A DNA stretch of 64,000 bases from an uncultured delta proteobacterium (lineage in GTDB: Bacteria; Desulfobacterota; Syntrophobacteria; Syntrophobacterales; Syntrophobacteraceae): the NCBI GenBank assembly GCA_963808625.1, contig CAWEHK010000030.1, positions 1 to 64,000 on the forward strand. Reading direction: 5' to 3'. The notes under the pieces were generated by a model. The model saw only the letters and a list, made by a program, of their open reading frames with translations. It was not told the origin of the DNA and ran no database searches. The translations under genes were made by a program, and so were the position numbers. Each line of letters opens with the position of its first letter. Positions within the stretch are counted from its first letter, which is position 1. This document shows positions 1-10,352 of this stretch, piece after piece.

Positions 1-3
1 CGC

Positions 4-1322
4 GTAAATAAATAACTCATTGTTTTTGGATATTCTTGTTGACTCGCATCAGTTTATTTTTCATAATTATTTTATGATAACTGAGGCGGTAGTAAAAACA
101 ATTGAGCACAAGTACAAACTGTTGCACCAAGAATTCGATGAACGAACTCGTCGTTTGTGGGCTGCAACGGAAGCTAAAGCTTTGGGACATGGAGGCGTCG
201 CTGCCGTTGCTAAGGCAACAGGATTGGCGGAGAGTACTATCCGGATTGGCCGTAGCCAATTGCAGCAACTCCCAAAGGTCCGGAGTGATGAGCTTCCACG
301 GCGTATCCGGCAAGTTGGCGGTGGGCGTAAGCAACTCACGGGTGAAGATGCGAACTTGCTTTTGGCGTTGGATAGGCTGGTTGAGCCCACGGCACGCGGT
401 GACCCAATGTCGCCTCTTCGTTGGACAAATAAGAGCACTCGTAGATTGGCCAGAGAGTTGGTTAAGGAAGGACACCGTGTCAGTCATACGAAGGTTTATC
501 AATTCCTGGATAAGCTCGGCTATAGTCTTCAATCGACGCGAAAGACAAAGGAGGGATCGTCTCATCCTGATCGGAATGCTCAGTTTGAGTACATCTACGA
601 ACGGGTGAAATTCTTTCAAGAACGGGGACAGCCTATTGTCTCCGTTGATGCAAAGAAAGAACTGATAGGTGATTTTGCTCAGAAAGGATGTGAGTATCAG
701 CCCAAGGGTAGACCTGAGAAAGTGCGCACCTATGACTTCCAAGACAAGGAGTTGGGCAAAGGTCTCCCGTATGGGATTTACGACCAGACAGCCAACTGCG
801 GATGGGTGAGTGTGGGAGTAGACCATGACACAGCGGAGTTTGCCGTTGAGACACTCCGACGTTGGTGGTTGAATATGGGCTCCAGAGTATATTTGCACGC
901 TACCGATCTTCTCGTTACGGCAGACGGAGGGGGAAGCAATGGAAGTCGGTGCCGGTTGTGGAAAGTCGAACTTCAGCGACTTGCCGATGAAATTGGACTG
1001 AACATCAGTGTATGTCATTTTCCACCCGGAACGAGTAAATGGAACAAAATCGAGCATCGTATGTTCTCTCATATTACCGAGAATTGGCGGGGTAGACCAC
1101 TCGTCAGCCATGAAGTGATTGTTAACCTTATTGCCAATACCACAACCCAAGCGGGGATGTATATCCAGGCTCAGCTCGATCAAGGAAGATATGATACCGG
1201 CATCAAAGTCCCTCCAAAGGCGATGAAAGAGCTCAACATCCATCGGGCAACATTCCATGGCGAAGATTGGAACTACACCATTAAGCCCAGAGAATTTATA
1301 AACCGATGAGTTATTTATTTAC
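4..1322 (+). mobile_element. ISAzo13-family insertion sequence (left end may extend beyond the window)
   Basis: A perfect 17-bp inverted repeat, GTAAATAAATAACTCAT (4-20) / ATGAGTTATTTATTTAC (1306-1322), brackets the transposase ORF. Confidence 0.85.
74..1309 (+). CDS. ISAzo13-family DDE transposase
   Basis: Family-typical motifs TARGDPMSPLRWT, HPDRNAQF, SVDAKKELIG, PYGIYD, DHDTAEFAV, TADGGGSNG and HFPPGTSKWNKIEHRMFS. ATG at 74; ORF intact. Confidence 0.92.
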   Translation: MITEAVVKTIEHKYKLLHQEFDERTRRLWAATEAKALGHGGVAAVAKATGLAESTIRIGRSQLQQLPKVRSDELPRRIRQVGGGRKQLTGEDANLLLALDRLVEPTARGDPMSPLRWTNKSTRRLARELVKEGHRVSHTKVYQFLDKLGYSLQSTRKTKEGSSHPDRNAQFEYIYERVKFFQERGQPIVSVDAKKELIGDFAQKGCEYQPKGRPEKVRTYDFQDKELGKGLPYGIYDQTANCGWVSVGVDHDTAEFAVETLRRWWLNMGSRVYLHATDLLVTADGGGSNGSRCRLWKVELQRLADEIGLNISVCHFPPGTSKWNKIEHRMFSHITENWRGRPLVSHEVIVNLIANTTTQAGMYIQAQLDQGRYDTGIKVPPKAMKELNIHRATFHGEDWNYTIKPREFINR

Positions 1323-1356
1323 AGTTACTTATTGAGAAAGTGCAAAGGAATGACCG

Positions 1357-1662
1357 ATGCCTCCAGATGATCTCGAAAATGCGGTGGTTGTGCCGATCGA
1401 GGATACCCTCGATTTGCACACCTTCCAGCCACGCGAGGTGAAAGAACTTCTCGATGATTACCTCGAGGCGGCCTGTGAGAAGGGATTTCGCGAAGTCCTG
1501 ATCATTCACGGCAAAGGACAGGGAGTGCTCCGCCAGAGAGTCCATGCCATTCTGCAAAAACATCCCCGGGTCCTCTCCTTGCGCCAGGCGGATGCGGGCG
1601 GCGGCGGGTGGGGGGCTACGGTTGCGGTGTTGGTGAGTGAGCGAGTGATGAGTGACGAGTGA
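1357..1662 (+). CDS. Smr/MutS2 C-terminal domain protein
   Basis: Smr motifs TLDLH...IIHGKGQGVLR...GGWGATV. Confidence 0.88.
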   Translation: MPPDDLENAVVVPIEDTLDLHTFQPREVKELLDDYLEAACEKGFREVLIIHGKGQGVLRQRVHAILQKHPRVLSLRQADAGGGGWGATVAVLVSERVMSDE

Positions 1663-1760
1663 TGAGTGATGAGTGATGAGTGACGAGTGACGAGTGATGA
1701 GTGCTGAGTGATGAGTGATGAGTGATGAGTAGCGAGTGATGAGTGATGAGTGATGAGTGA
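1634..1760. repeat. Heptamer tandem repeat (GAGTGAT/GAGTGAC)n
   Basis: Directly visible run of imperfect 7-mers overlapping the Smr stop; degenerate copies continue to about 1825. Confidence 0.9.
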
Positions 1761-1924
1761 AGGGTGAAGAGGGTGGAGAGTGAAAAAAGGTGAGTCATGA
1801 GTTGGGAGTAAAGAGTGGTGAGTGGGGGCTGAAGGAAATGTGACGGGGAGTTTGCGCTAGGGTCCTGACGCTTCGGGACACAGTATGATTTGCGTGGAGT
1901 CCACGAAAACCGCAACCAAACACA

Positions 1925-2010
1925 ACCAACCATCAACCATCAACCATCAACCATCAACCATCAACCATCAACCATCAACCAATCAACCAACAACCATCAA
2001 CCATCAACCA
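1925..2010. repeat. Heptamer tandem repeat (AACCATC)n
   Basis: Directly visible run at the 3' end of the convergent gene. Confidence 0.9.
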
Positions 2011-2771
2011 CTACCTCGGCGAGCCGCGACGATCTCAAACCGTTTAATCTTAGGGTCCGGCTTGATGGCAGCGGTGACCGAGAAGAGGTGACCGGGGACT
2101 TCAAGTTTTTTTTGGGTCTTGCGATCAAGCAGTGATCTCGTTTATTTCGCACGCCTTCGCTGCAGCACGTTTCCTTCGCCGTCGTAGGCGACCAGGGTGA
2201 ATGCCCGGTTTCGCAGGTCTGCCCGGCTGCTCAGAATATTTCGCATGACCAGCAGGACGCCATCTCCCCGGACGCGAACAAGCTCCGCAGAATCGTTCTC
2301 GAGATTGAAACTCGGTCCGAATAAGGCTTCATTTGAAGCGCCGCACCCCTTTTGGTGAGGTTCTCGGACTGGAGTATTTGCAGCGATCTGCTCCAAGTCT
2401 AATTTCTCATGGGCAAACAGTGAGGGAAGGTGGCCGGCAACAAGGTCCTGAACCTTCTTTGCATGTTCCATATTGGCGGTGTCTCTGGGCGTATCCAGCA
2501 GTACTTCCGGGTCGAACTCCTTGGCGGTGAGGATTTCCTGGATCGAACTCACCTGCCCTTTGGGAATGCCTGCAACGCCGTCGGCGAATTCGAATTTTAC
2601 TTCCCCGCTTTCTTCCCAGAAGTAAGGGACTTCGACGGAATTACCGTCATTCATGTTGATTCTCAAGAGCCCACACCAGACGGTTGAAGGAATGAGCAGC
2701 AGAGAGAAAAAAACAAACACCATCAGCGAATTCACTGTCACCGGGACATGCCGAAGCTTCATCTTTTCCAT
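2004..2771 (-). CDS. Hypothetical exported protein (frameshifted near the C-terminus)
   Basis: ORF 2142..2771 has a hydrophobic signal-like N-terminus. A plausible continuation (LDRKTQKKLEVPGHLFSVTAAIKPDPKIKRFEIVAARRGSG*) runs in another frame to 2004. Confidence 0.6.
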
Positions 2772-2916
2772 CCTCTTTTTGGCTTTGCTCCTGCTGAGGC
2801 TTTCTAGTATAGAGGACTACGTTATAAGAGTCTAGTAATCCTTAAGGACAAATTCGACCAGATTGCGGTCTGGTACGAAGAACATTTCCCCTGCGAAGGA
2901 AGAGAGCGAAAGGAAG

Positions 2917-3864
2917 ATGCGCATTTTCATTTCGGGATCTTTGGCTTACGACCGAATCATGGATTTTCCCGGGCGTTTTGCGGACCACATTCTGCCGGAT
3001 AAAATCCATGTTCTCAACGTTTGTTTCAACATCAACGGGCTCGTCGAAAAATTTGGCGGAACGGCCGGCAACATTGCCTACACCCTGGCCTTGCTGGAAG
3101 AAAAGCCGTACATCGTAGCGGCGGCGGGTGAGGACTTTGCGCGCTATGGCCAGTGGCTTGCTCAAAATCAGTTATCCACGCGCTGGATCAAGGAGGTCCC
3201 TGAGGTCCTCACCGCCGGGGCCTATATTACGACGGACCAGGATGACAACCAGATCACCGCGTTCAATCCCGGAGCGATGGCTTTCGATGCCGACCTGCCG
3301 CCGCTCGACGGCATCAAAACGGGAACGCTGGTCTTTATTGGTCCGGGCAACAAACGAGACATGATGACTTTCGCCCAAAAAGCCCGCGAGGCTCAGGTGC
3401 CGTATTTCTTCGATCCGGGCCAAAGCCTCAACACCTGGGAACGGGAGGAGTTGCGGGAAGCTGCCGGCGGCGCCCAGTGCTTCATTTCCAATGACTACGA
3501 ACTGTCCCAGTTTCTCCAGTTGACGAAATGGTCGATGCCGACGCTCTACCAGCACGTGCAGGTGGTCATTACCACCCTTGGGCCCGACGGGGTGACGCTC
3601 GATATCCAGGGTGAAAGAGTGCTCATCCCCGCAATCCCCGTGCCGGAGGTGCTCGACCCGACGGGAGCGGGCGATGCCTTCAGGGCGGGACTGCTCAAAG
3701 GCCGGAGCATGGACCTGGAGTGGGATATTTGCTGCCAGATGGGCACCGTTGCGGCAACTTATGCCATCGAACAGTACGGGACTCAGGAACACTACATGGA
3801 CTGGAGGACCTTTCGCCGCCGCTATCAGACTCACTTCGGGCCCTTGCTGAGCTCGCTTACCTGA
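2917..3864 (+). CDS. PfkB-family carbohydrate/nucleoside kinase (adenosine kinase-like)
   Basis: GSLAYD, GGTAGNIA and the C-terminal DPTGAGDAFRAG PfkB signature. Confidence 0.9.
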   Translation: MRIFISGSLAYDRIMDFPGRFADHILPDKIHVLNVCFNINGLVEKFGGTAGNIAYTLALLEEKPYIVAAAGEDFARYGQWLAQNQLSTRWIKEVPEVLTAGAYITTDQDDNQITAFNPGAMAFDADLPPLDGIKTGTLVFIGPGNKRDMMTFAQKAREAQVPYFFDPGQSLNTWEREELREAAGGAQCFISNDYELSQFLQLTKWSMPTLYQHVQVVITTLGPDGVTLDIQGERVLIPAIPVPEVLDPTGAGDAFRAGLLKGRSMDLEWDICCQMGTVAATYAIEQYGTQEHYMDWRTFRRRYQTHFGPLLSSLT

Positions 3865-3935
3865 GGATGGTGGTGGGCTCCATAGCACCGCTCTTTTTGG
3901 CATCAACGAGATCTTGAAAGAGGTTAGGAATTCAA

Positions 3936-5172
3936 ATGGATGAGCACAACGAAAGAATGGATGAAATAACGGATGAAATAACGGAAGAAGAAAGCTTCGC
4001 CGAACTGTTGCAGGAGACTACGATAAAACCTGTCCGATTCCATGCGGGAGAGAAAGTCAAGGCAACGATCGTCAAGATTTCGGCGGAATGGATCTTCCTT
4101 GATTTGGGCGGGAAGAGCGAAGGCTATCTCGAGCGGAAGGAATTGCTGGATGAGGAAGGAAACATCTCGGTAAAAGAAGGTGACCTCCTCGAGGCCTACT
4201 TCCTGTCGATGAACAACAATGACCTGCGTTTTACCACCAGGATCACCGGGGGCGAGGCCGGACGGCACTACCTGGAAGAGGCATGGGAAAGTGGAATACC
4301 GGTGGAAGGGCTGGTTGAAAAAGAAATCAAGGGTGGCTATGAAATCAAAATAGCGGGGGAACTCCGCGGCTTTTGCCCCTTCTCCCAGATGGGCCTGCAA
4401 CGGGTGGAGAAACCGGGCGATCTCATCGGCCAGCACCTTGTCCTTCCGCATTACGCAGTACGGGGAGAAAGGACGAAACCTCGTTCTGTCCCATCGGTCG
4501 ATCCTGGAAGAAGAACGCCAGCGGCAGAAAGAGGTGCTGAAAGAATCGCTGCAGGAGGGAATGAAGGTTAGCGGAACCATCAGCTCCATTCGAAGTTTTG
4601 GCGCTTTCGTCAGAATCGGCAGCATCGAAGGCCTTATACCCATCTCCGAAATCGGCTGGGACCGGGTGGAGGACATCCAGGAACGGCTGGCAGTCGGCCA
4701 GGAGGTCGAGGTCGTGGCCATGAAACTGGATTGGGAAAAGGATCGCTTCTCTTTCAGTCTGAAACAAGCCTTGCCCGATCCCTGGGAAAACGTAGCCAAA
4801 GACTTTCCGGAAGGCTCACGCCTCCCCGGTACGGTGGTCCGGCTGACCGATTTCGGCGCGTTCGTCATGCTCGCACCCGGCGTGGACGGTCTGCTCCACA
4901 TTTCCAAACTGGGGGCGGGGAAGAGAATCAATCATCCGCGCGAGGTGGTGTCGAAAGGCCAGGTTGTGGAAGTCAAGGTCGATAATATTGACCGGGATAA
5001 TAAGCGGATTTCCCTGTCATTGGCCGGGTCCGAGCAGGCAGCGGCGGAGCAGAAAGAAGGAGAGGAGGATTACAAACAATACGTAAAAGAGAAATCCGAC
5101 TCCATGGGAACGTTGGCCGATCTCCTGAAAAGCAAATTCGCGACGAAGCCCGGTACATCCCGGCGGAAGTAA
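3936..5172 (+). CDS. rpsA: 30S ribosomal protein S1 homologue, four S1 repeats (frameshift near 4440)
   Basis: S1 repeats LDLGGKSEG, RGFCPFSQ, FGAFV..IEGLIPISEI and DFGAFV..GVDGLLHISKL across two overlapping ORFs (3936..4571, 4438..5172). May be a short paralogue rather than the main rpsA. Confidence 0.8.
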
Positions 5173-5184
5173 CCATCCCGTTTT

Positions 5185-5276
5185 GGTGGGCACGATAAAA
5201 CTGTGCCCACCCTACTTCTTCAGCAGCGTTGGACGCCAAAAAATCGTAGGGTGGGCGCGTCCTTTTGTGCCCACCG
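5185..5276. repeat. REP-like doublet (GTAGGGTGGGCAC...GTGCCCAC family)
   Basis: Two inverted hairpins, GGTGGGCAC-N-GTGCCCACCCTAC and GTAGGGTGGGCGC-N-GTGCCCACC. Related copies at about 46670-46748 and 48131-48218. Confidence 0.75.
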
Positions 5277-5561
5277 AAACAGCCCGGCAAATGGGTGAAA
5301 ATGTGCGCCACTTTTTACTGCCCAAATTAAGCGATTCTTCTCACCAAGCTGGTGCGGACCAGCGCTCGAAGCGGGCTTACCACCTGATGAGTTTCCTTGG
5401 CAAGGCTATCCCCACGATCCTCCCAAGGTCGGTGAAATCGCCGCTGAGTCTATTCGTATAAACGCTCCAGCGCTTTTTCCTGCCGCTGAAGCGACTATTA
5501 CAAACCTTGCTTATATGCAAAGTCCTGTTGGATGCTGTGCGGAAGGTTCGATGGAGCTCGA

Positions 5562-6806
5562 CTATTCACGCAACCATACGTTCCATGGCAAGGCAAGGGT
5601 GTTTTCGTCCACCCGGTAGCAATCACCTCCCGCATAGACGATGAGGCCGGTCATGATTTTTGCGTTCCGGTAGGTTTCGCGAAACGCTCGAAGGCCTCGC
5701 GCATCGTGCTTCGTAAGATTGCTCCTGCACTTGACTTCTATGGGATAGAGCGTGCCGTCTCGCTCGAGAAGGAGGTCCACCTCGGCGCCCGCTCCCGTGC
5801 GCCAGTGATAAGCCTGGGGCGGCACATTGAGAGTGATGGCCTGGCGCAGGATGTCGTTCACGACCCATGTCTCAAACATCGAGCCCAGCATCGGGCTGAC
5901 CGCCAGCGCCTCGGGCGAGGAGATACGCTGCAGATGGCAGGCCATTCCGGTGTCTCGCAGAAACCCCTTTCGCTTACCGCTCAGCCGCTTTATGGTGTTT
6001 CCCTGGTAGGGAAAGAGCTCCAGCCATTGGTATGTATTGACCAGGAGATCGAGCCACTTGCGTGCCGTGGCCGGCGTTACGCCAACGTCTCGCCCGCATT
6101 GCGACGCATTCACCTCCTGGCCGGTCAACGCTCCGGCCAATCCCAAAAAACGGCCAAAGGCGGCAAGTTCCCTAATGTCCCCCATGAGCCTGACATCCCG
6201 CTCGACATAGGTTTGCACATAGGCTCGAAAATAATCCGGAACGATCTCATCGGGAGCGTCCAGCAGTCCAGGCAGGGCGCCACGCCAGAGGGTTCGCGCA
6301 AGGTTCTGGAACTGGTCTATCTTTCCGGTCGCCAACCCGGGCAAGGAATCCGGATCATTGAGATATACCGGCAGCCAGCCGTCTCGTTTCCCCCACCCGG
6401 AGAGTTCGTGGGTGGTCATGCCCTCGAGCGGGAGGATGCCGACGCGGCCCGCCATGCTTTCCGCGACAGAGCGCAGCATGCCGAGATTTTGCGAACCGGT
6501 CAGGAAATACTGGCCGGGAGATTCGCTCAGGTCAACTCTTCGTTTAAGCGCCGGCAAGAGTTCCGGTACAAACTGGATTTCATCGAGAATGAGAGGCGGA
6601 GGGAAATTGTTCAGAAAGAGATCGGGGTCCTGGCGTGCTCCATAAAGATCTTGAACCGGATCGAAGACGACCATTCTCAGCTCGGGAAAGAGGTGTGCCA
6701 GCAAGGTGCTCTTGCCGACCTGGCGGGCGCCCGTGATCAGGACGACCTTGAAAAAATCTTTCAGGTAAAGCAATCTCTTTTCGGCATGGCGGTTTCGGTA
6801 GTTCAT
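5562..6806 (-). CDS. AAA+ ATPase (AAA_14 + DUF4143 type)
   Basis: Walker A GARQVGKST, Walker B LILDEIQ, LTGSQ, ESMAGR and C-terminal EVDLLL...PIEVK. Confidence 0.9.
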   Translation of the reverse strand: MNYRNRHAEKRLLYLKDFFKVVLITGARQVGKSTLLAHLFPELRMVVFDPVQDLYGARQDPDLFLNNFPPPLILDEIQFVPELLPALKRRVDLSESPGQYFLTGSQNLGMLRSVAESMAGRVGILPLEGMTTHELSGWGKRDGWLPVYLNDPDSLPGLATGKIDQFQNLARTLWRGALPGLLDAPDEIVPDYFRAYVQTYVERDVRLMGDIRELAAFGRFLGLAGALTGQEVNASQCGRDVGVTPATARKWLDLLVNTYQWLELFPYQGNTIKRLSGKRKGFLRDTGMACHLQRISSPEALAVSPMLGSMFETWVVNDILRQAITLNVPPQAYHWRTGAGAEVDLLLERDGTLYPIEVKCRSNLTKHDARGLRAFRETYRNAKIMTGLIVYAGGDCYRVDENTLALPWNVWLRE

Positions 6807-6971
6807 CAAGCGACCTCTTTTCAAAAGAACTTTGTCGCCGGTGCTGTTTGACCGGCCCGCGCATTAAGCCGCATTTTTATAGATTATCTTGCATTTTAGA
6901 AATATAAATATCAAAAAGCAAGGTAATTTGTACGCGGCACGTAGGAACTATTATTTCCTTTGCTGAATCAT

Positions 6972-7104
6972 GATGGTCTCGCAAAAAGGCCCACAAGGTG
7001 TTTCCTCGTCATTCCGGCGAAAGCCGGAATGCAGTGTTTTCAGTAAGTTAGAAGATACCTGGACCCCGGTTTTCACCGGGGTGACGACTTTTTGCGAATC
7101 TATC
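6972..7104. mobile_element. MITE-like element containing a CGTC-type REP hairpin pair
   Basis: Imperfect TIR GATGGTCTCGCAAAAAG / CTTTTTGCGAATCTATC (14/17) around CGTCATTCCGGCGAAAGCCGGAAT...CTGGACCCCGG..CCGGGGTGACG. Confidence 0.65.
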
Positions 7105-7465
7105 AATCAGGAATGATCGAAAAAGGAACGTTGGCGCTGTGTGAGATTCGGATGGGTCTGTGGCTTGACAAGGGCCGCCTGGCGGGTTGGAAAACCCGCC
7201 CTCCTTTTGCTGTGATTCCGATGCGCCTTGGCACGGATAAAGATTGCCCGGATGCATCAGACGATTGGCGTTTTGGGACCGATATATTTTGAAATGTCTG
7301 GCAAGTTGGGAATTTGTCTTGTATCATCTGATGGGCAAAAGCGCCTCTGAGACGGTCGGAACTGATCGCGCCACCGGCTTCGCCGGGGTGTTTCACTTTT
7401 GTTTGTCGTGATTGCATAGCGGTTACTGATTGCTGGAACTGTCCACTGATGAGGGCTATCAAGAG

Positions 7466-8734
7466 ATGAGCGGAATTTTCATAAGCTACGCCAGGGAAGA
7501 CCGGGAGAAGGTTGATGCATTGGCAAAAGCATTGGCAGATCGGGGCTGGCCGGTCTGGTGGGATTGGACTATCCCGGTGGGAAAAACCTGGCGGCAGGTC
7601 ATTGATGAGGCACTGGAGGCGGCCGCCTGCGTGGTGGTCGCGTGGTCAAATAAATCAGTCAAGTCACATTGGGTGATATGACGTGGAGGCGGAGGAAGGC
7701 CGCGAAAGAAATATCCTGGCTCCTGTGCTTATCGAGGAGGTGAGGCCTCCTATGGGCTTCCGGCAATTTCAGGCCGCCGACCTCGTCGATTGGCGGGGCG
7801 AGCTGGACCACCCGGAGTTCAAGAGACTGCTTGCTGCCATCGAAGCTATTCTTGGCCCTCCGAAGAGTGATGTAAAAGGCGAAGCTGTGGTTTCTCGAGA
7901 AGCCGAGCCTAATGGATTTCATGTATCTTCGGAAGGCCGTACTGATGCAGTTCCCTCTCCGCAAGCGATCGCGCCGGCGTCTGAAGCCGTGCTGACAAAC
8001 AGCATCGGCATGCAGTTTGTCCTGATACCGGCAGGATCGTTCATGATGGGCAGTCGCATGAGTACGAAGGAACTCATGGATCGGTTTGGCGGGAAAGAAG
8101 AATGGTACGAATGGGAGAAACCCTACCATGAAGTGAAGATCGTGCGGCCTTTTTATCTCCAGACCACACCCGTCACCCAGGGCCAGTGGCAGCGGGTCAT
8201 GGCGAATAATCCCTCGCGTTTCAAAGAGTGCGGAGACGACTGCCCGGTGGAGCAGGTATCCTGGGATGATGTCCAACAATTCATAAACAAACTCAACCAG
8301 ATCGAAAAGACAAAAGATTACCGTCTCCCCAGCGAGGCGGAGTGGGAGTATGGCTGCCGGGCCGGCAGCGATGCGGAATTCTCTTTCGGCGACGATGCCA
8401 ACCGGCTTGGTGAGTTTGCCTGGTACTCCGGAAATTCAGAAGGCAGGACACATCCTGTAGGGAGAAGAAGCCCAACGCCTGGGGCCTGTACGACATGCAC
8501 GGCAACGTCTGGGAGTGGGTGGAGGACGACTGGCACGGCAGCTATGATGGGGCGCCGGCTGACGGCCGAGCCTGGGTGGACAGCCCCAGGGGCTCCCCCC
8601 GGGTGATCCGCGGCGGCGGCTGGTACGGCGGTGCGCGGGGCTGCCGGTCGGCGGTTCGCGGCGGCGGCCCGCCCGACGACCGCGGCGACGTCTTGGGCTT
8701 TCGCCTCTCCAGGGATGTTGCCCTTGGCCCTTGA
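7466..8734 (+). CDS. TIR domain + FGE-sulfatase (SUMF1/C-type lectin fold) protein; frameshifts near 7680 and 8470
   Basis: N-terminal [10 protein letters not shown]...VWWD...VVVAWS..SV.S.WV..EA (TIR_2). C-terminal [58 protein letters not shown] and GFRL (FGE-sulfatase). Confidence 0.88.
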
Positions 8735-8764
8735 GCCCTTGTACCCTTGGCACCCGCTGCTCTT

Positions 8765-8840
8765 TCCGAGCGTCGCTGGGTCGTGATCAGGCCGCCGTCG
8801 CGTCAGCAGGCGGCCTGATCACGACCCAGCGACGCTCGGA
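8765..8840. repeat. Perfect 32-bp inverted repeat with a 12-nt loop
   Basis: TCCGAGCGTCGCTGGGTCGTGATCAGGCCGCC (8765-8796) and its exact reverse complement (8809-8840), 30 bp after the TIR-FGE stop. Confidence 0.92.
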
Positions 8841-9024
8841 GCGTGTGACGCAGGGCCATGGAGGGCACTTGTAACTTCTTGCAGGCGCATTTTCCAACCG
8901 CGGCAGATCTGTGGGGCAGGCTTTCCAGCCTGCCGAAACGCGCATCCCTTTGGGAAACATAGGCGGGCCTCCTTTTTTAGCCGCTAACCACTGGTCACAA
9001 CCACCAGCCACTATCCACTAATCA

Positions 9025-9387
9025 CTAAAAACAGTGTTCGGGATCGATGTCGAGGATGAGAGCGATCGCCCTTTTCATCTGATCTATCTCCGCATCCGAA
9101 GTGGCGCCGATACGTTCCAGGAAACCGTTCATGGCTGATCGCCCTGATCTGAAAACAATCCACTGCGGACTTCTTCGAAGTCCATTGTTCTCTGAGGGCT
9201 CCACCGGGACGAAGAAGGCGTGATCTTTCCACTCGGGCCGCCAGTGGGTTATGGGCAAAACAATGGCGAGCCTAAGATGGCGGTGATGACCGGGGTTAAG
9301 AATCACGACCGGCCGTTTCTTCTTGATCTCATCACCGATGGTCGGTTCAAGATTGACCCAGTAAATATCACCGGTCTTCAAAATCAT
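9025..9387 (-). CDS. Type II toxin, PemK/MazF family (two compensating frameshifts)
   Basis: GDIYWVNLEPTIGDEIKKKRPVVIL...VLPIT. The conserved S.VDCFQIRAIS motif lies in the adjacent frame (ORF 9011..9232). Confidence 0.88.
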   Translation of the reverse strand: MILKTGDIYWVNLEPTIGDEIKKKRPVVILNPGHHRHLRLAIVLPITHWRPEWKDHAFFVPVEPSENNGLRRSPQWIVFRSGRSAMNGFLERIGATSDAEIDQMKRAIALILDIDPEHCF

Positions 9388-9610
9388 CCCCCTCGATTGA
9401 CTCGAACAGGTTTCCAGGCGATGTTTCAGCGAGCATTTTCATGGCTGCTACCCTCTCCTGTTCGCGCAGCCTTTTCCGATCTTGCGTGATCTTTGCCCGT
9501 ACTGCCTCTCGAACATATTCACTCAAACTTTTATATTTCAGCTTCTTCACGAACCTCTTAATGAAATCGTAGCTTTCCTTATCGATCTGAACTTTCGTTT
9601 GGATCAACAT
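9368..9610 (-). CDS. Putative antitoxin (ribbon-helix-helix-like)
   Basis: 80-aa ORF (SLSEYVREAVR) overlapping the toxin start by 20 nt, with an RBS upstream of ATG 9610. Confidence 0.7.
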   Translation of the reverse strand: MLIQTKVQIDKESYDFIKRFVKKLKYKSLSEYVREAVRAKITQDRKRLREQERVAAMKMLAETSPGNLFESIEGDDFEDR

Positions 9611-9776
9611 GTCGTTCCTCCCGCCACCGTTCCAATCTCCTCTCTGGAAAAGAGAGCTCATTTCCAGTTCATTTAATGAAATAGTATACTCAAAATAAAG
9701 CCCCACATTCAAGGGACATAATTTGGGCCAATATAGATAAGCCACCCCACCTTCCAATTTGGGTCGGATCATCTCA

Positions 9777-9940
9777 GAGCGTGTCTAAAAAGGTCCTCCG
9801 GTCGTCACCCCCCGCATGCTTCTGGCGGGGGCCAGGGAACAAACAGTACGTGGATTTCCGCCAGAAGCATGGGGGAATGACGGTTTAGGATTTTTGCATG
9901 CGTCCACAAAGGGACTCTTTGAGGGTTTTTAGAAACCCTC
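9777..9940. mobile_element. IS5-like MITE with TCA target duplication, carrying CGTC-REP hairpins
   Basis: TIR GAGCGTGTCTAAAAA / TTTTTAGAAACCCTC (13/15) flanked by TCA on both sides. Internal CGTCACCCCCCGCATGCTTCTGGCGGGG and GGATTTCCGCCAGAAGCATGGGGGAATGACG. Confidence 0.65.
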
Positions 9941-9957
9941 TCAGATAGCCTCGTATC

Positions 9958-10118
9958 GGTTGGGTTTCGTTCCTCATCATGATGGCGGTTCCCAATGCCA
10001 GGATCGATCGAGGAACGAAACCCAACATTCCGCTTCAATTGGTCGGCTCTTGTTGGGTTTCGTTCCCCGGACATGTCATAATTGTATGCGCGTGTCGTAA
10101 CGGAACGAAACCCAACCT
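9958..10118. repeat. Two REP-like doublets GTTGGGTTTCGTTCC...GGAACGAAACCCAAC
   Basis: Inverted pairs at about 9959-10027 and 10051-10117. Confidence 0.75.
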
Positions 10119-10352
10119 ACGCTGCTGCGCATCTGTGCATCCAGGCATCGAATTTGGACACGCTTTTGCGCGGCACTAAATCCCTACTTTCCAATCTTCT
10201 CTTCCCGCGCTTCTGCCCACTTCAATTCCCTTTCCCTAATCGAAAAAAAGGACTTGCTGTACCAAGCAGTCGATGACATTCTTTGGGCTGTTGACAAGTT
10301 CACCGAGATGGATGACACTCCCTAATAGTTTTACCAAAAGGGAGGAATATCC

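Noticed and set aside
17..1258. 413-aa ORF antisense to the transposase
   Set aside because: Shadow ORF; the + strand carries all the ISAzo13 motifs.
1634..2010. Possible CRISPR array (REP doublets at 9958-10118 and 53213-53290 were also considered)
   Set aside because: No constant 23-47 bp repeats with unique spacers, and no cas genes in the window.
1616..2135. ORFs rich in THHSSL / INHQPST
   Set aside because: Translations of heptamer tandem repeats, not credible proteins.
3936..5172. Programmed ribosomal frameshifting in the S1 gene or other split genes
   Set aside because: Indels are ubiquitous and lack consistent slippery-site signals; sequencing error is the simpler explanation.
5532..6851. 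439-aa + strand ORF
   Set aside because: Antisense shadow of the AAA-DUF4143 gene, with no motifs.
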